DNA of 64,000 nucleotides. It comes from Eledone cirrhosa. Taxonomy: Eukaryota. The DNA is taken from positions 102,982,001 through 103,046,000 of the forward strand of contig OZ024743.1 of assembly GCA_964016885.1 (NCBI GenBank), given 5' to 3'. A program made the translations under genes and the position numbers. Below, in pieces: positions 12,124-26,185 of this stretch. Positions within the stretch are counted from its first letter, which is position 1. Each line of letters opens with the position of its first letter. Below the pieces are notes generated by a model that did no database searches, was not told where the DNA came from, and saw nothing but the letters and a program-made list of their open reading frames with translations.

Positions 12124-15100
12124 ACAGATTTGTTTTATAAATAAATATTGACATACCCGGAAAAAAGACAACCTTAACGGTTGGAGCTTCCTGGATAATG
12201 GAGATAGTACATTTATTGAGGGTAATACAAAGTTATGAGTGAGTATGCAAATGAGGGTCCGAAAGCTTGAAAAGATAACGGTTTATTTAAATTAAACTGT
12301 TGGAAGAAGATGATATGTAAGGGAGAGAGAAAAAAAAAGAAAGAAGAAAAAAGAAAGGAGAAAGATAAAAGAGGAAAGAAAGAACGATAGTGAAGATAGA
12401 GTGAATGAAGAAATAGGTTTCAAAGGAGAAATATACACAGCGTAAGTATATCTAAGTGAAAGAAGAAATAAGATTAACGTGGAATAATAATATTTATAAT
12501 GCAGGGTTCATTACGTTTTGATTACAATACTTATAATGATAGGTTGAAAAATTAGATTAAAATTAAAAATTAAAAATCAAAATTAAAGATAAAAATTTGC
12601 CTTAATATTAAAGATTAATTTAATAATTTAATATTAATAATTATATTATATTAAGATGTATTAGTAATAATATAGTGGTTTAAATGTCTATGTTAAGGAT
12701 TATAAATTATTTAAATAAATATATAGTATTTTACATTAGAGAAAATCTAGTATAGTTTATTTTATTAAAAGTTGTAAGTCAAAATTTAAACATCCAAATA
12801 ATTCTAAATTTATGAAAGATTTGCGAGAGTTTACAAAGGAATAACCACTTAATTATATTATAAAAACAGTAAGGAAGTGTAAAGGAAGTTAGAAGTGATT
12901 TTTTAAGATCTCAGATGACTCCAAGGATTAAATGTGATAAATTTAAACATTTTATCTTAAGAATATAATTAAAACATGACCCATATGTTATTTTATACAA
13001 AGTCATAAATTTACTTGCTATAAAGTTTAAAAAATTTGCTATAAAGTTTAAAAAATGTTTAAATTAAAAAAAAAAATTAAAAATAATTTATCTTAAGAAC
13101 ATAGTTAAAGCATAAACCATAGGTTATTCTACATATATATAAAAAAACCTCTATATATAAATCATATGTTTTTCCACATATATATATAAACATTTTGATA
13201 TATGTATTAAAAAAGTTTGAAGATATAAAATATTGGATGATATGAAAATAATGGTTTTTCTATATCTTTCAAAGGAACTTTCAAAAAATTTTTCTCCTAA
13301 AACCTTCCGTAAGTTTTTCAAGAAAAAATTTTTTTAAAGGAGTTTCAAGCAGTCATATAAAAAAATGTATAATCTATCGATAGGTGTAATAATATAAAGT
13401 ATATATTATATATATGAGGTAGAGATAATAGAAAGTAAATTAAATATATATGAATCATATATAGATATAGAAAACATTATGTAAAGTAGATAAATCATAT
13501 ATTACATTTTATATATATATTTAAAAGTTGAGTTTAAACGATGTTTACAGGAACTAAATAAATTATTTCGCAAATTAATAGAGTTCTTACTTTTAGTATA
13601 AATAATATTTCTTCAATGCAAAGTGAGCAATCTTTGGATAAAGCAGTGAATGAAGGAGATTTGGAGATAATTTTCCAAAATAAAGAATAGTTAATATTCT
13701 TGGATTTTATGTCCCATAATAAGTTAGATAGAGAAGTTGAAGATGTTTTACCAATATTCGTAAAGGAACATTTATGGTTATTAAAACGAGATTTGAAGTC
13801 TGTGGAAGTAGAGCCGACATAGTTAAAGGAGTTTTCATTTGTTTTGACATTACAATATGTATACTATATTTTTAACTAAACAATTATTATTTAGAGGACA
13901 GTTAGATTTATTTCTACAATTACATTTATCTGAATTTATATTATTGGGAGCCGTAACGTTATATTGGATATTGCTAGAGGTATTAATGCTATTCTGGTTA
14001 GATTTTAAGTTTCTATTATTAATTCTATTAATATTCTGCGCTAAATTCATAGTGGTAATATGAGAGTTTAATAGTATGTCTATTAAAGATTGAGTAATAT
14101 CTGTGTGTCTTAGGAAAGCACTTATCTAGAGCTTTAAAAAATAATTTAGCTATAGGAGTTTTAATACTTAGTGAGAAAGGGGGAGCTAACTATAATATAT
14201 TTCTAGTTCTATTTTTTCTTTTGATTTTCGAGTTAGTGCAAGGTTTCCTATTATAAATATATTTATAGTTATGGTTAATTGGCACATCCTTATTGTCAAT
14301 ATATTTAATTTCATTACTATAGCCTGCTCTACTTAACGCTTCGTTTTAATATTGTGCCTTATCTTCAAATATATTTTTATTCCCTGAAATTCTAGAAATA
14401 CGTTGCTGCACAGAATTTACAATAGTGTTTTTAACGGATCTGGGGTGATTGGAATTAAAGTTAACATAGTTTAAATTCTCATTTATTTTATGAAATGGAT
14501 AATAAAGACCAGTATTAAGATTTAAAGTTACATCTAAAAAATTAACTATTTTATAATTATTCTCTACTTCTACTTTAAGATTAACGCTATTAAAAATTGT
14601 ATAATTTCTTTTCTTTTCCTATTTATTTCACAATTATTATTATTTTCAATAAGCAATTGCATATCGTCACGATATAAACCAGCGGTCATCTCCGGTATTT
14701 TCCTATGTAAAGTATTGTTAATAAAAAGCCCCACAAGATCCGTTAATCGCGCCGAGTCCGATGACCCCATAGTGATATCGAACTTGTTATCCCTATCTGC
14801 TCTAGTCCAAAGGTGGTTGCTAAATTTAATTAATGTTTTACGTGCAGTTAAGATAATGTGCATTTCATTGTTAGTTAAATCTGTATATTTAAATGCATAT
14901 GTAAGGGCTTTATTAAGTAGATTAGGAGTGATAGATGAGTAATAATTAGCAATATCCAATTGAATGAATTTATTGTTATGTTTATATTTAATGTCCTTAA
15001 ACCAGTCAATAACTTCATTAGTCCCATTCCATAATTTTAAATAAGATATTTCCTTAAGTTGTGGTATGATTCTATCTAAAATATTCTTGCTAAGTATGCC

Positions 15101-16637
15101 AAGGTCCGATTTAGATGGTGCAATCAATCTAACTGGTAATTCAATTTCAAAATTTCTTTTATGGTCCTTCAAATTAGTTTTTGGTTTCCTAGGTATGAAG
15201 GGTTGAGTCCTATTTTCGATGCGTAATTCCTGCATTATATAAGAAGCTTCAGTATTTAGTTTTTCAAGATCATCATTGGCTGCTCTTTTGTAATTTTTCC
15301 TTAATTCCTTCAATATAAGATCATTGTAATCATCCTTTTGCATTCCGTAAAGATTGTTGGTTTTATCTGATTTAACATGAATTTTTTCCATTTTTTCAAA
15401 GTTTTTCTATATTTTTTTGAGACTTTTTAGGTAATCCTGGCCTACAAAGTGGTTTTTCTTAAATTTAATGTTTTGTATGATAGAGATAATCTCATTTTCA
15501 AATTCCATTAATAGTTTGTTGGAAGGTGGATTCTTTTTGGATTTGAAGATTGGAAATATTTTCTTTCGCATCACATTTATTATCGAAATGAAAAGCACGC
15601 CATCTGAGTCTTCTTATAAATGAATCCGATTTTCGATAAGTTGTTTTAGAAAATCCTTATTCTTAGGTAAAGGTATGTCTTTTAGAGAAGAAGAGATCCA
15701 AAAGAATTCCATTTTTAATCAGTTATAATTTAAAGCGCTCAACAATAAGGGAGCTAAATATATGCAGAGGTTATATTTAATTTGTTGGGATTCAACAAGC
15801 TTTAACTTTATAACATTTAATCCTTGGAGTCATCTGAGATCTTACAAAATCACTTCTAACTTCATTTACACTTCCTTACTGTTTTTATAATATAATTAAG
15901 TGGTTATTCCTTTGTAAACACTCGTAAATTTTTCATAAATTTAGAATTATTTGGATGTTTAAATTTTGACTTACAACTTTTAATAAAATAAACTATACTA
16001 GATTTTCTCTAATGTAAAGTACTATATATTTATTTAAATAATTCATAATCCTTAACATGCACATTTAAACCAATATATTATTACTAATGCATCTTAATAT
16101 AATATAATTATTAATATTAAATTATTAAATTAATCTTTAATATTAAGAGAAATTTTTATCTTTAATTTTGATTTCTAATTTTTTTATTTTAATCTAATTT
16201 TTCAACCTATCATTATAAGTATTGTAATCAAAACGTAATGAACCCTGCATTATAAATATTATTCTTCCACGTTAATCTTATTTCTTCTTTCACTTAGATA
16301 TACTTACGCTGTGCATATTTCTCCTTTGAAACTTATTTCTTCATTCACTCTATCTTCACTATCAATATGTATAATCGTTCTTTCTTTCCTCTTCTATCTT
16401 TCTCCTTTCTTTTTTCTTTTTTCTTTTTTTTCTCTCTCCCTTACATATCATCTTCTTCCAACAGTTTAATTTAAATAAACCGTTATCTTTTCAACCTTTC
16501 GGACACTAATTTGCATACTCACTCATAACTTTGTATTACCCTCAATAAATGTACTATCTCCACTATCCAGGAAGCTCCAACCGTTAAGGTTGTCTTTTTT
16601 CCGGGTATGTCAATATTTATTTATAAAACAAATCTGT

Positions 16638-16701
16638 ATTTTATCTGATGAAAGCGCACCATAATTTGCCTTGGTTGCCCTTGAAATATGTATAATAAAA
16701 T
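16638..16701 (+). ncRNA. Type-I hammerhead ribozyme motif in inverted PLE pseudo-LTR
   Basis: attttat CTGATGA aag..ctt GAAA tatgta TA ataaaat: 7-bp stem I, intact core. Confidence 0.75.
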
Positions 16702-16906
16702 AAATATGGTTTTATAAATATAGTTTCTATTTATTAATTTATTGTGTATTTACTCCACTATTTTATTGAGTGCTTTATATCAGTTATAAAAACTTTTAAG
16801 CTTGTTGAATCCCAACAAATTAAATATAACCTCTGCATATATATATATATTTATGCAGAGAGAAAGAGAGAGAGAGAGAAAGAGATTAGTCGTCTCAGCA
16901 TTGCAG

Positions 16907-16908
<2 letters not shown>

Positions 16909-16998
<90 letters not shown>

Positions 16999-17012
16999 AC
17001 TCTCTCTCTATA
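16909..17012. repeat. (CT)n microsatellite; further (CT)n/(TA)n mosaic at 17480-17715
   Basis: Directly visible. Confidence 0.95.
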
Positions 17013-17019
17013 TATATAT

Positions 17020-17250
17020 ATAACTCTCACATTCACATCCACACACGTACACCTACACACATACACACACACCACCTTCAGCCCTCCCCGCTCCCTCTCC
17101 CCTCTCTTCCTGCCCACTTTTCTCCCGATGAAGGGCTAATGCCCGAAACGTCATCCCCCACCCCCCACTCTCAAACGTGAAACTAATAATAACATTTGTA
17201 CTGCATTTTCGCTTCCTTTTTTTTTTGTTTTCTGTTTACTGTCTCCACAT

Positions 17251-17252
<2 letters not shown>
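17020..17252 (+). mobile_element. Probable solo PLE 3'-end relic with degenerate minimal hammerhead (17121-17156)
   Basis: ccgatga a gggc taat gccc GAAA cg TC between microsatellites. Core U4 is mutated and stem I is lost. Confidence 0.5.
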
Positions 17253-17310
<58 letters not shown>

Positions 17311-17532
17311 CATACATATATTTACTAGCTGACCCCGTGTCGTGAAGAATACTGCAGGAGCAGAAACGTTTTATTTGTTTGAAATCATGAGGAACATTCT
17401 AGTCCGGTAGAAGCCATTTCTATATAGAATACATATATATTTCTTACCTGTTCTTCATCGGAAAACCATTCTGAATTTTCTCTCTCTCTCTCTCCCTCTC
17501 TATGTCTCTCTCTCTCTCTCTCTCTCTCCCTC

Positions 17533-17629
<97 letters not shown>

Positions 17630-17632
17630 CTC

Positions 17633-17702
<70 letters not shown>

Positions 17703-18844
17703 GTTCTCTCTCTCTCACTAGTAGAAAAAACAGCCTGTGTTCACACCTAGAGAGAAGATGTGCTCCATCACGTTTTAAAATGTCCCAAGACATGCCGTAT
17801 ATCAACACGGCATTCCTAAAACTCCATAAGGAGTTACAGATTCATACAAAGCAGCAATAAATCCAATCTAATTAACTATATATCTTCAATTGTCCAACTT
17901 AGTTTGAGATAACCTTGCATCGTTCTGCAGTTAATAAAGTGAGAAGCAGCAATTCAATTAATTCTATATCTTCAATGATTGTCCTTGTGATTAATCAAAA
18001 TTAATAAATTATCTAATGTTCGCTCAGTTGCTTAATTTAGCTATATATATAGTGCTTTTGTTGGTTGTACTTGCGGGACTCAAGGGAAAATATTATACCC
18101 TTATCAATTCATTTAGTTAAATCTCTCTTCATATATCTGGATGAATCGTGAAAATCTTTGTGATATCTTATTTAAGAACTAGATGAGAGCAGAATTATGA
18201 TCAAAGTCGTTTCGACCTTGTTTCTTTTGTCGAACTTCAAACATCACTAGTGACAACTCGCTATATTATACTAAAAGAAGAAATATATAGAAATATATAT
18301 TTTTGTAAATAAGACAATAGAACCGTGTGGAAATGGAAGCACCAATTGAAACATAAGTTTTAAATCTCCGAAGCCGTTTATGAAAGTATTGAAGAAGACA
18401 AGAAAACACACTTCGATCTTCCGACGTGGAAGAGGCTCCTATCAGAAGAAACCGTCACCGAATCATCATTTTTCTTACCAGTTGTACAAACCTGGCTGGA
18501 CACATAACACTGCACAAACATTCTAATAGTTCTATAGAGTTATGAAATAATACATATGAATAAGCCATAGATGACGAACATCATTAAGTAATGTCAGTTT
18601 CATGAGGAGATAAAACGCCTCCATCCTTTTGAAGGAAAAAAAAAATGAGTATAAATCCTGGAAAACTGTAAGTCCGGTATTGGAAAAAAAAAAAAAAAAA
18701 AATCACAAGGGATTGACACTCCAAATTCACTATTTTCCTTTTACTTTGCTCCACTTTTCAAATTAAATGACACGACGCTTCAGTTATATTCAAATATTGT
18801 AAGCGCGTCCATTGAAAATATCGTCTTTGACAAACTGCTCAGTT

Positions 18845-21800
18845 GCTCGCATGTGTGCATGCTGAATTCTGGGTCTTTCCGCTGGGAACAACCCCTTGTT
18901 CCCATCCCCTTTTTTGTGTACATCCATCCATTCACTCATTCATTTACTGCCATTCTACCTTCCTGTGTCTCCCCCTCCATGCAGGCCCCTTTTCGCACTC
19001 GTTTTCTGGCACCTCCATATATATAGGTGAGCTATGCTGCCCCCTTACCAGCACTTTCCCTTCCAACCACACACACCAGCCACCCACCCCTGATGCCGCT
19101 CGGTGCCCCAGTCCCCGGCCCCACGCCCCATCCCCCAGCCCTCCAAATCGACACCTGCAGCACTTGCGGCAGTACTAACAAACGGAAGAGGGGCCGGAAC
19201 TGTTTAGGGTGCGGCTGCTTCCACCACGTCACCTGCGTTGGCTTGACTCGTCGAGCTTCCAATGCCCTCGCAGCGTGGAGGTTCAGGAGCTGCCTCTTCC
19301 CCACGTCTTCCCAGCCACGGCCGTCTGGCACACCACGAGATGGGACAGCGAGATTGCCTGACGCCCGAGCCTCGCTGGTCAACATCGCTCGGCTCAGGCG
19401 GCTCCGGAAGATCCCACTCAGTATCCCGAGAGCGGCACGGGTGCCGGTAGCCGATGCCCTCGCTTCCTCGATTGAGAGCGCCCTGGACTCCAATCGAGCC
19501 AGTGACTGGGAGCGGCTGTTCTATTTCGCCCCACTCGCCCTCGGCCTCCCCAGCTCTGGCGCTGACGGGGCGGCCGGTCAGCAGCAGCCTTCGTCAAGGC
19601 CAATGTCTCGTCATTTGGGCGAGCGCCCATTCCAAGCGTGCCCAGGGACGACACACACGCCACCCTCAGGTAACCCCTATCCTCCACCCCCGAGGCTAGC
19701 GCCAAGCGTTTGCGTGACCAGGTAAACGCAAAGCTTATCATGGGTGATGTCTCGGCCGCAGTCAGAGTTGTTGTCTCAGAGGACACTGTCCTCCAACCCA
19801 CCGAGGAGATCCTGGCTGCTCTGCGGTTCAAATACCCTGAGCCACCCACTGATATCAGAGCCATACCCCCACCCGACCCCCACCTGCTCCTTGTGGCTAC
19901 TGATGCAGATATCATGTCCGCCATCAGGCCCTTCCCAGCTAGCAGCTGCGGAGGTGTTGATGGTCTCCGACCAGGCCACCTCAAGGAGTTGACATCCCCC
20001 CCCTCTCCGCTGAGGCCGGGCGCCGCCTTATGAGTGCAATTGTGCGCTCACCAATAGGCTCATTCATGGTGCCCTCGACCCTTACGCCCGAGGCCTCTTT
20101 TTTTCGGCCAGCCTCAACGCTCTCAGGAAGAAAGAGGGTGGCATACGCCCCATTGCTGTGGACAATATCTTCCGGAGGCTGGCTGCCAAGGTGATCTGCA
20201 AATCCGTCACACATGAACTGGGTGAGGAGTTTAGTCCGGTGCAACTGGGTGTTGGCGTGTCCGGTGGCTGTGAGGGAGCCTCTCATGCAATCAGGCAGTT
20301 CTTCAACAGCTGCCCATCTGTACCGGCATCCAGGGACTCCAGGCACCTCATTGTCAAGCTTGACATGAGGAATGCCTTTAACTCTTTACGCCGGGATCAT
20401 CTGCTCGAGGCCTGCCTCAGACGAGACCCTCTGACTACTCGCTGGCCTACCTGTCATATGGAGCCCCGAGCATGCTCCTAGATGCTGATGCGGTCATACC
20501 CTCGGCTACTGGGGTCCAACAGGGCAACCCTTTGGGACCCCTCCTGTTCGCCCTTGGTATTGACCACATCGCCCGGAGTATCACGGCCCCTCTCAACGTT
20601 TCGTATCTGGATGATGCTACATTGGGCGGGCCCGTACGGACGCTCTGCTAAGACCTTCAATCGGTGATTCCTGCCCTGGCGGGAATCGGCTTCCAGGTCA
20701 ACTCGGCCAAGTCGGAGGGGGTGAACGTCAGCCTCGATGCTGTAAGCTTTGCAGCCTCGGTCTTGGACGTGCGGTCCATTCTCCGCCAGGTTCAGGTGAC
20801 CCCCAAAGAGGATGTCCTCATTCTCGGGTCACCGATCCACCTGCCGGCCATCCGCTCCACCATCAGGTCCAGGCTTCAACAGCTCCAGACTCTCACGAGC
20901 CGACTGGGCTTGATTGACGGCCAACCATCTCTCTTTCTGCTGAGGAACTGCTTCGCCATGCCGAAGCTCCTCTATACACTCCGCAGCGCTCCATGCTACA
21001 CCCAGACATCTCTCTCGCTGACCTCGATACTTGTATCCGAGCAGCAGCCGAGGGGATATGCAACGTCAAGTTTGACGACATAGGGTGGCTAACAGGCCAC
21101 TTTACCCGTCAGGTATGGCGGCCTAGGCCTCCGGTCCCCAATCTCACTAGCTTTGCCGGCGTATCTTTCGTCGGTAACCTCGTGCCGCATCCTCGTCAGC
21201 AGGGTTCTTCAAAACACAACAGAACCCTCTGTGTTCAGAGAACGTGAGGCCGCCTGTGAGACGTGGGACCGGCTGGGACTAGCCCAGTAGGCGTCCCTCC
21301 TCCTTCTCCCCCTGTTCACGTCAAGTGCCCCCAACGCACTTGGGATCCCATCCAGTGCAGCCTGGCCTCAGACAGGCTCACGCGCCAGCTCGACCAGCAC
21401 CGCCTTGCTTGTTTTTGTGCGGCCTCCAAACCCCACAGTGGTGTCCTGGCTCCATGCTCTGCCCTCCTTCTCCACTGGCACGCAGCTAGAAAACCATTGC
21501 CTGCGAATCGGCGTTTCCCTGAGGCTCGTCCTCCGCATCTGCCAGCCACACCAATGTCGCTGCGGTTCCACCGTGGTCTCGTTCGGCCTCCACCCGCTTT
21601 CCTGTCGCCACAGTGCTGGCCGCATTCCACGCCATACTGCCCTCAACAAGGTCCTTAACTATGGCTTGGACGCTGGAGCTGGATCGAGGGGACGGAAAAA
21701 CTCCAGATAGCATGACCATCTTCCCGTTCCGCCGTGGCAAACCCCTCGTCTGGGATGCCACTTGCACCGACACTTTCTGCAGCCGCAACCTGGTGCAGTC

Positions 21801-22110
21801 TGCAACTGACCCAGGTTCTGCTGCACGTCGGGCTGAGGGGGCCAAACTCCTCAAATACCGGTCGCTCTCCTACAGGTTTGCGGTCGTTACCCTCGCAGTG
21901 GAAACTTCTGGTGTCCTCGGCCCCAGGGCTACTTCCTTACTCACCATCATAGGCGCTGAGCTGGCGAGCCGTAGGTGTGAGCCCAGCGAGTTGGAGTGGC
22001 TTTTCCAGCGCGTCTCCCTTGCCGTACTCCGGGGAAACGCCTTCTCCAATCTGTCTGCCGGGGCTGTGGCTGGGCCCCATCACGTACCATTACATTAGTT
22101 AAATACCATT
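18845..22110 (+). mobile_element. CRE-clade non-LTR retrotransposon, near full length, degenerate; N-terminal PHD-type zinc finger, RT, CCHC, RLE
   Basis: CSTC..CLGC..H..C..W.F..C at 19156-19293, RT motifs as in copy 1, then CRCG..H..C, RH, KTPD..WD and AVETSG. The 5' boundary is approximate. Confidence 0.88.
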
Positions 22111-22561
22111 CTTTCGTTTCAAATACTACATTATATAATGTGTCCTCTCGTCTCGAAAGACTGGTCAAATCAAGATTCAGCGGCTATTTCTAGCAAGTCA
22201 ACTGATCACGTAACGATTTCCCACGTTGGTTCAACAACGTCATAATCTATAAGAAGTATAATAGTTTAAATTGACTCTAGTACAAATTCTTGTTTATTTT
22301 ATCGAACGCCGGACTACTTTCTGAGATCGAATTCCACATGGTTCAATTTAGCAATTCACCCCTCCAAAGTCAATAAATCTATATATAGTAACCATAGAAT
22401 ATGTTGATTCAATCGACTATACACCAATTCTACAAGCTTCTTAATGTGTGTCATTATAAGGAATCAATAATAAAGTTGTGAACAGATTGTCAGCATGTAT
22501 CTTCATTAGTGGTCACACATTTAGTTCCTAAATGTGCTGATTTATATTCATTGCATATGTA

Positions 22562-23715
22562 TGTATGATTTCTGGTTTTATCATTTCATAAATTTTTACC
22601 AATAGAGATAGAGCCGGTTTCTAACATAGAACAAAATTCTTTCATTGGAATTTAGAAATCAACTTTGTAAATATGTATGTGTTTGTGTGTACATGTGTGC
22701 AGGTATGAATGTTATCACATGCATGACATGTGTGCAGGTATGAATGTTATCACATGCGTCTATTTTGAGTTATAAGTACACGTGCATATGTTTCTGCGAC
22801 TATACATATGTATAGGCAATTATTACATGCTGAATTTCTGAAAGGGTTTACAATTATTTACAGTACTGTTAATGGACTGTTTTTGCAACTTCCTAACTAG
22901 CCCTGCTCCTTCTGGTTCTGTAAAACTCATTTTCTCAAGATGTGTACTAAAGCAGTTAATAATGAATCCCAGAGCCTCGATGACCACAAATACAAATCTA
23001 AAAGTATATTCAGGGTGGAGCTTCTGCGGATTCCTCATTAGTTCAGTATAAATGTTTTTTCCACATTATATTGAAATCTACTGGGCGACTGATTTCCAAT
23101 ACTCTGCATGCCTTCTTTACTTTTCTTTGGCCAATATCCCTATATCTGGTCAGTTATGTTTGCATTTTATTGGAGTTTTGACAGGAAAAGTCCACCAGTA
23201 CACTTTCGTATTCTGTACGCATATTGTAACTATCATTTCTACAAATTGCACTGTATAGTGTTTTGGCGATTACATCATGTCTCATACGTAGATAGTATAA
23301 CGATGACATTTTTGAACAGTTTCTTATAATATGGGTGACATCCTCGATATTATTTCCGCAGAGTCTGCATCTTTTGTTACAGATAGGTGTTTTGGCTGCC
23401 TCCATATCTCATTTTGTGCATTAGGTGTTTCGTTGTTATTTGGTGTTCTTAGATTGAAAAAGCATACCCTTCAAATACACATAGAGATACAAATACACAT
23501 AGAGATACTAAACCGGTTCATTGTCCAAGATAGACTACTTTGCTTATCTATATCTCATTTGGAAGCTTTCTGGTAACATAGCGATGCATGAAATTTTGTT
23601 GATTAAAATACAGCTTTTCATCCATTGCTCTGCAATTTCCCTACGGGTGAGGATTTCTAAAAGAGCTCCTTCCAAACTCGCATGGTGTTATCTATATCAT
23701 GTAGATAGGCTTGCT
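22562..23715 (-). mobile_element. R4/Dong-type RLE LINE, 3' fragment
   Basis: CRLCGNNIEDVTHIIRNC..RHDVIAK. The 3' UTR matches 35985-36088 in reverse and ends in (TACA)n. Confidence 0.8.
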
Positions 23716-23719
23716 TTAT

Positions 23720-24183
23720 GTATGGGCTTCTACGCTCGGTGGTTGTTAGATGTTGCCGGAGGGATACGATGCAACGCTCAAATGCTGTTTGCATTGATGT
23801 TAAGCTTCTGCCTCCCTGTTTACGTTGTGAGGAAGGGCATTACTGTTGCATTTCCAGACGGCGAAGGTCCTCCTGTGGCGCTGACATGCAGTGTCTGCGC
23901 GAGACTTTGCCTAAACAAACCTGGACTTGAAAGTCATCTTCGCAGTCATAAAGTGAGACCAGTGGTTGACTACCAGGCTGCTGTTGGAGATGCTACTCAT
24001 CATGTCTGCCAGGCATGTGGTAGAGAGTGTAAATCAGCAGGAGGGCTCAAACGACATGCAAAAGTGCATAAACTCCAACCACAGCCAGCTATTCCCAGTG
24101 AATGTTTTGGTTGCCAACTCTGTGTAAGACATTTTAGATCATTGGCTGGGCTAGTAAGCCACATTCGATCGCAGCGCTGTTAA
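23720..24183 (+). mobile_element. RTE-clade LINE 3' end with three C-terminal C2H2-type zinc fingers; its 3' tail resumes at ~25720-25770
   Basis: CSVC..GLESHLRSH, CQAC..GLKRHAKVH and CQLC..AGLVSHIRS*. The tail ggccatactcgataacgagagggcagccatca(tgta)n resembles the tail of the RTE-derived elements at 28129 and 47363. Confidence 0.7.
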
Positions 24184-24220
24184 TTGCTATCGTGTGTGTA
24201 TATGTGTGTAAATATGTTTA

Positions 24221-24307
<87 letters not shown>

Positions 24308-24359
24308 TGTGTGTGTGTGTGTATTATTATTGTTGTCGTTGTCGTTATTATTATTGTTG

Positions 24360-25662
24360 GCTTCTCTCACCCAGAAATGGGCGGAGAGGAAGCCATCCCT
24401 GAAAGGTCGAGCGGAGGTGGCTAACGCGTACATCGCGTCCGTCATCTACTACCGCTTGACCGTCGTACCTTGTCCTAAGCCCCGCCTGACTGCGCTGGAG
24501 CGTTTGCTCTTTCGCTTTTTGTGGAGGGGACGCGCTCCGATGATCTGCTGTCAACACCCGCTACGTGGAGGGCTGGGCGTGCCGTGGCTGATGATGCGCA
24601 GACACGCGCTCAGGCTACGACATCTCCACCTCTTCCTCGACGGTGATCAGGTGTGGTCGCCGTTTGCTAGACACGTCTTTCCCCAGCTCGTCTCCTTGAC
24701 GGAGCTGCAGTCCTGGGTCAAGCGAAGACCGAGAGGGAGCGCTTGGAGACTGGAATGTCTTCAGACGCTCACAGCCCTCGACCAATCGGGCAATGTGATC
24801 GGTGGAAACTCCACCTTGGCGTTCTATAAAGGATTAGTGGAGGGGAAGAGCGACAACGTACTTAGAGAAACTCTAGGCGTCGACGAAAATCAACTAGCCA
24901 ATCTCTTCGGAAGGACTTTCGGGCCGGGGCCTATGGACAACTTCCAGAAATCCCTGGCCTGGCAGTGCTACCGAGGAGCTTTGCCAGTTCGGGATAAACT
25001 CTACAGGCATGGAGGTGCCGTTAGGCGGGCATGTCCGAGATGCGCGCAGTGTCCGAGCATTGCTGACTTGTGGGTTTATGTCGAACACCTGCTGTCACGT
25101 GTAGGACGGATCCAGCTATCAGCTGAGTCCATCGTGAGGATTGCCCCGCCCTCTTCCTTTAGCCGGGAAGGGCAGGCAGTTTTTATCTGTCTGGTGGCCA
25201 TGGCGAAAGAGATAGTATGGTGGACACGTTTGAAAGGACTGAAGACGAGCACTTACCTCTTCGGTGATGCCCTGATTAACTTTTTAAAATTTCATTTGAA
25301 AAGGAAAATCAGGGTAGAGAGGGAAGTGCTCCCTTCCCAGCATTTTGTTGAAAGATGGGTGAGAGAAGCAAGTATGGCCCGAGTGAATGGGCCTACTCTG
25401 AGTATGTGTCTGTAAATTAAAGGTGGAAAACTGGGAGAGGGCACTTGCCCTGGTGATCAGGGTCACTGTGGTCTTTTAATGGACTTTCTCCACAAATGTC
25501 CCTCGGAAGTCTCCCCCCTATTGGGGAATGTTTCATTGTTATTTTTTATTACATCCTCTGTTTTTTTTTTACACGCAGAAATACCCATTTGTACTGTCCT
25601 GTATTGTCCTGTACTGTCCTTTATGTCTACTTGATGTAAACCCTTGTGGTTAATAAAGAAAG

Positions 25663-25712
<50 letters not shown>
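24360..25712 (+). mobile_element. Tx1/L1-clade LINE, 5'-truncated ORF2 C-terminus (zf-RVT region) with AATAAA and (ATT)n tail
   Basis: SLKGRAEVAN..LFRFLW..GGLGVP and AWQCYRGALPVRDKL..CPRC, open to the stop at 25415. aataaa at ~25652, then (att)n. Confidence 0.82.
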
Positions 25713-25713
<1 letters not shown>

Positions 25714-26185
25714 GGGGGGTTTTTTTCTCGTGCAATGGCCATACTCGATAACGAGAGGGCAGCCATCATGTATGTATGTATGCATGTATGTATGAGTGAA
25801 TGAATGTATGTATGTATGAGTGAATGAATGTATGTATGTAAGTATGTATGTGTGTATGTATGTATGTATGTATGTATGTATGTATGTATGTATGTATGAA
25901 ATAAATGAATGTATGTATGAGTGAATGTATGTATGTATGTATGTAAGTATGTATGTGTGTATGTATGAATGAATGAATGTATGTATGCATGTATGTATGT
26001 AACGTATATATATATATACATTACATACATATATGTATGTATAAATGTATATATGTATGTATGGATGTATGTATGTAATGTAATGTATGTATGTATTTAT
26101 GTAGGAATGTATGTATGTATGTATTTATGCATGCATGAACGTATGTATTTGGCAAAGCCGGCCATTCATCGCTCGTATATAGGAA

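Larger units (their letters stand above)
12014..16840 (-). mobile_element. Penelope-like element (probably Hydra clade) with ~930-bp inverted pseudo-LTR
   Basis: ORF 14570-15391 has QLDIANYYSSI, ITMGSSDS and LYRDD. CNCRNKSNCPLNNNCL..IVY..YVGST lies at ~13925-13805. 12014-~12947 is the inverted repeat of ~15801-16738, and 16798-16840 is an inverted copy of 15759-15801. Inserted in (TA)n. Confidence 0.92.

Noticed and set aside
17324-17480. Helitron-like terminus (actagctgacccc; also actagtagaaaa at ~17717)
   Set aside because: Only the CTAG end is visible. No clear subterminal hairpin or second copy.
23521-24183. Possible host C2H2 zinc-finger gene
   Set aside because: No TGEKP linkers, preceded by degenerate RTE thumb sequence and followed by an RTE tail. 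The N-terminal part of the ORF is antisense Dong sequence.
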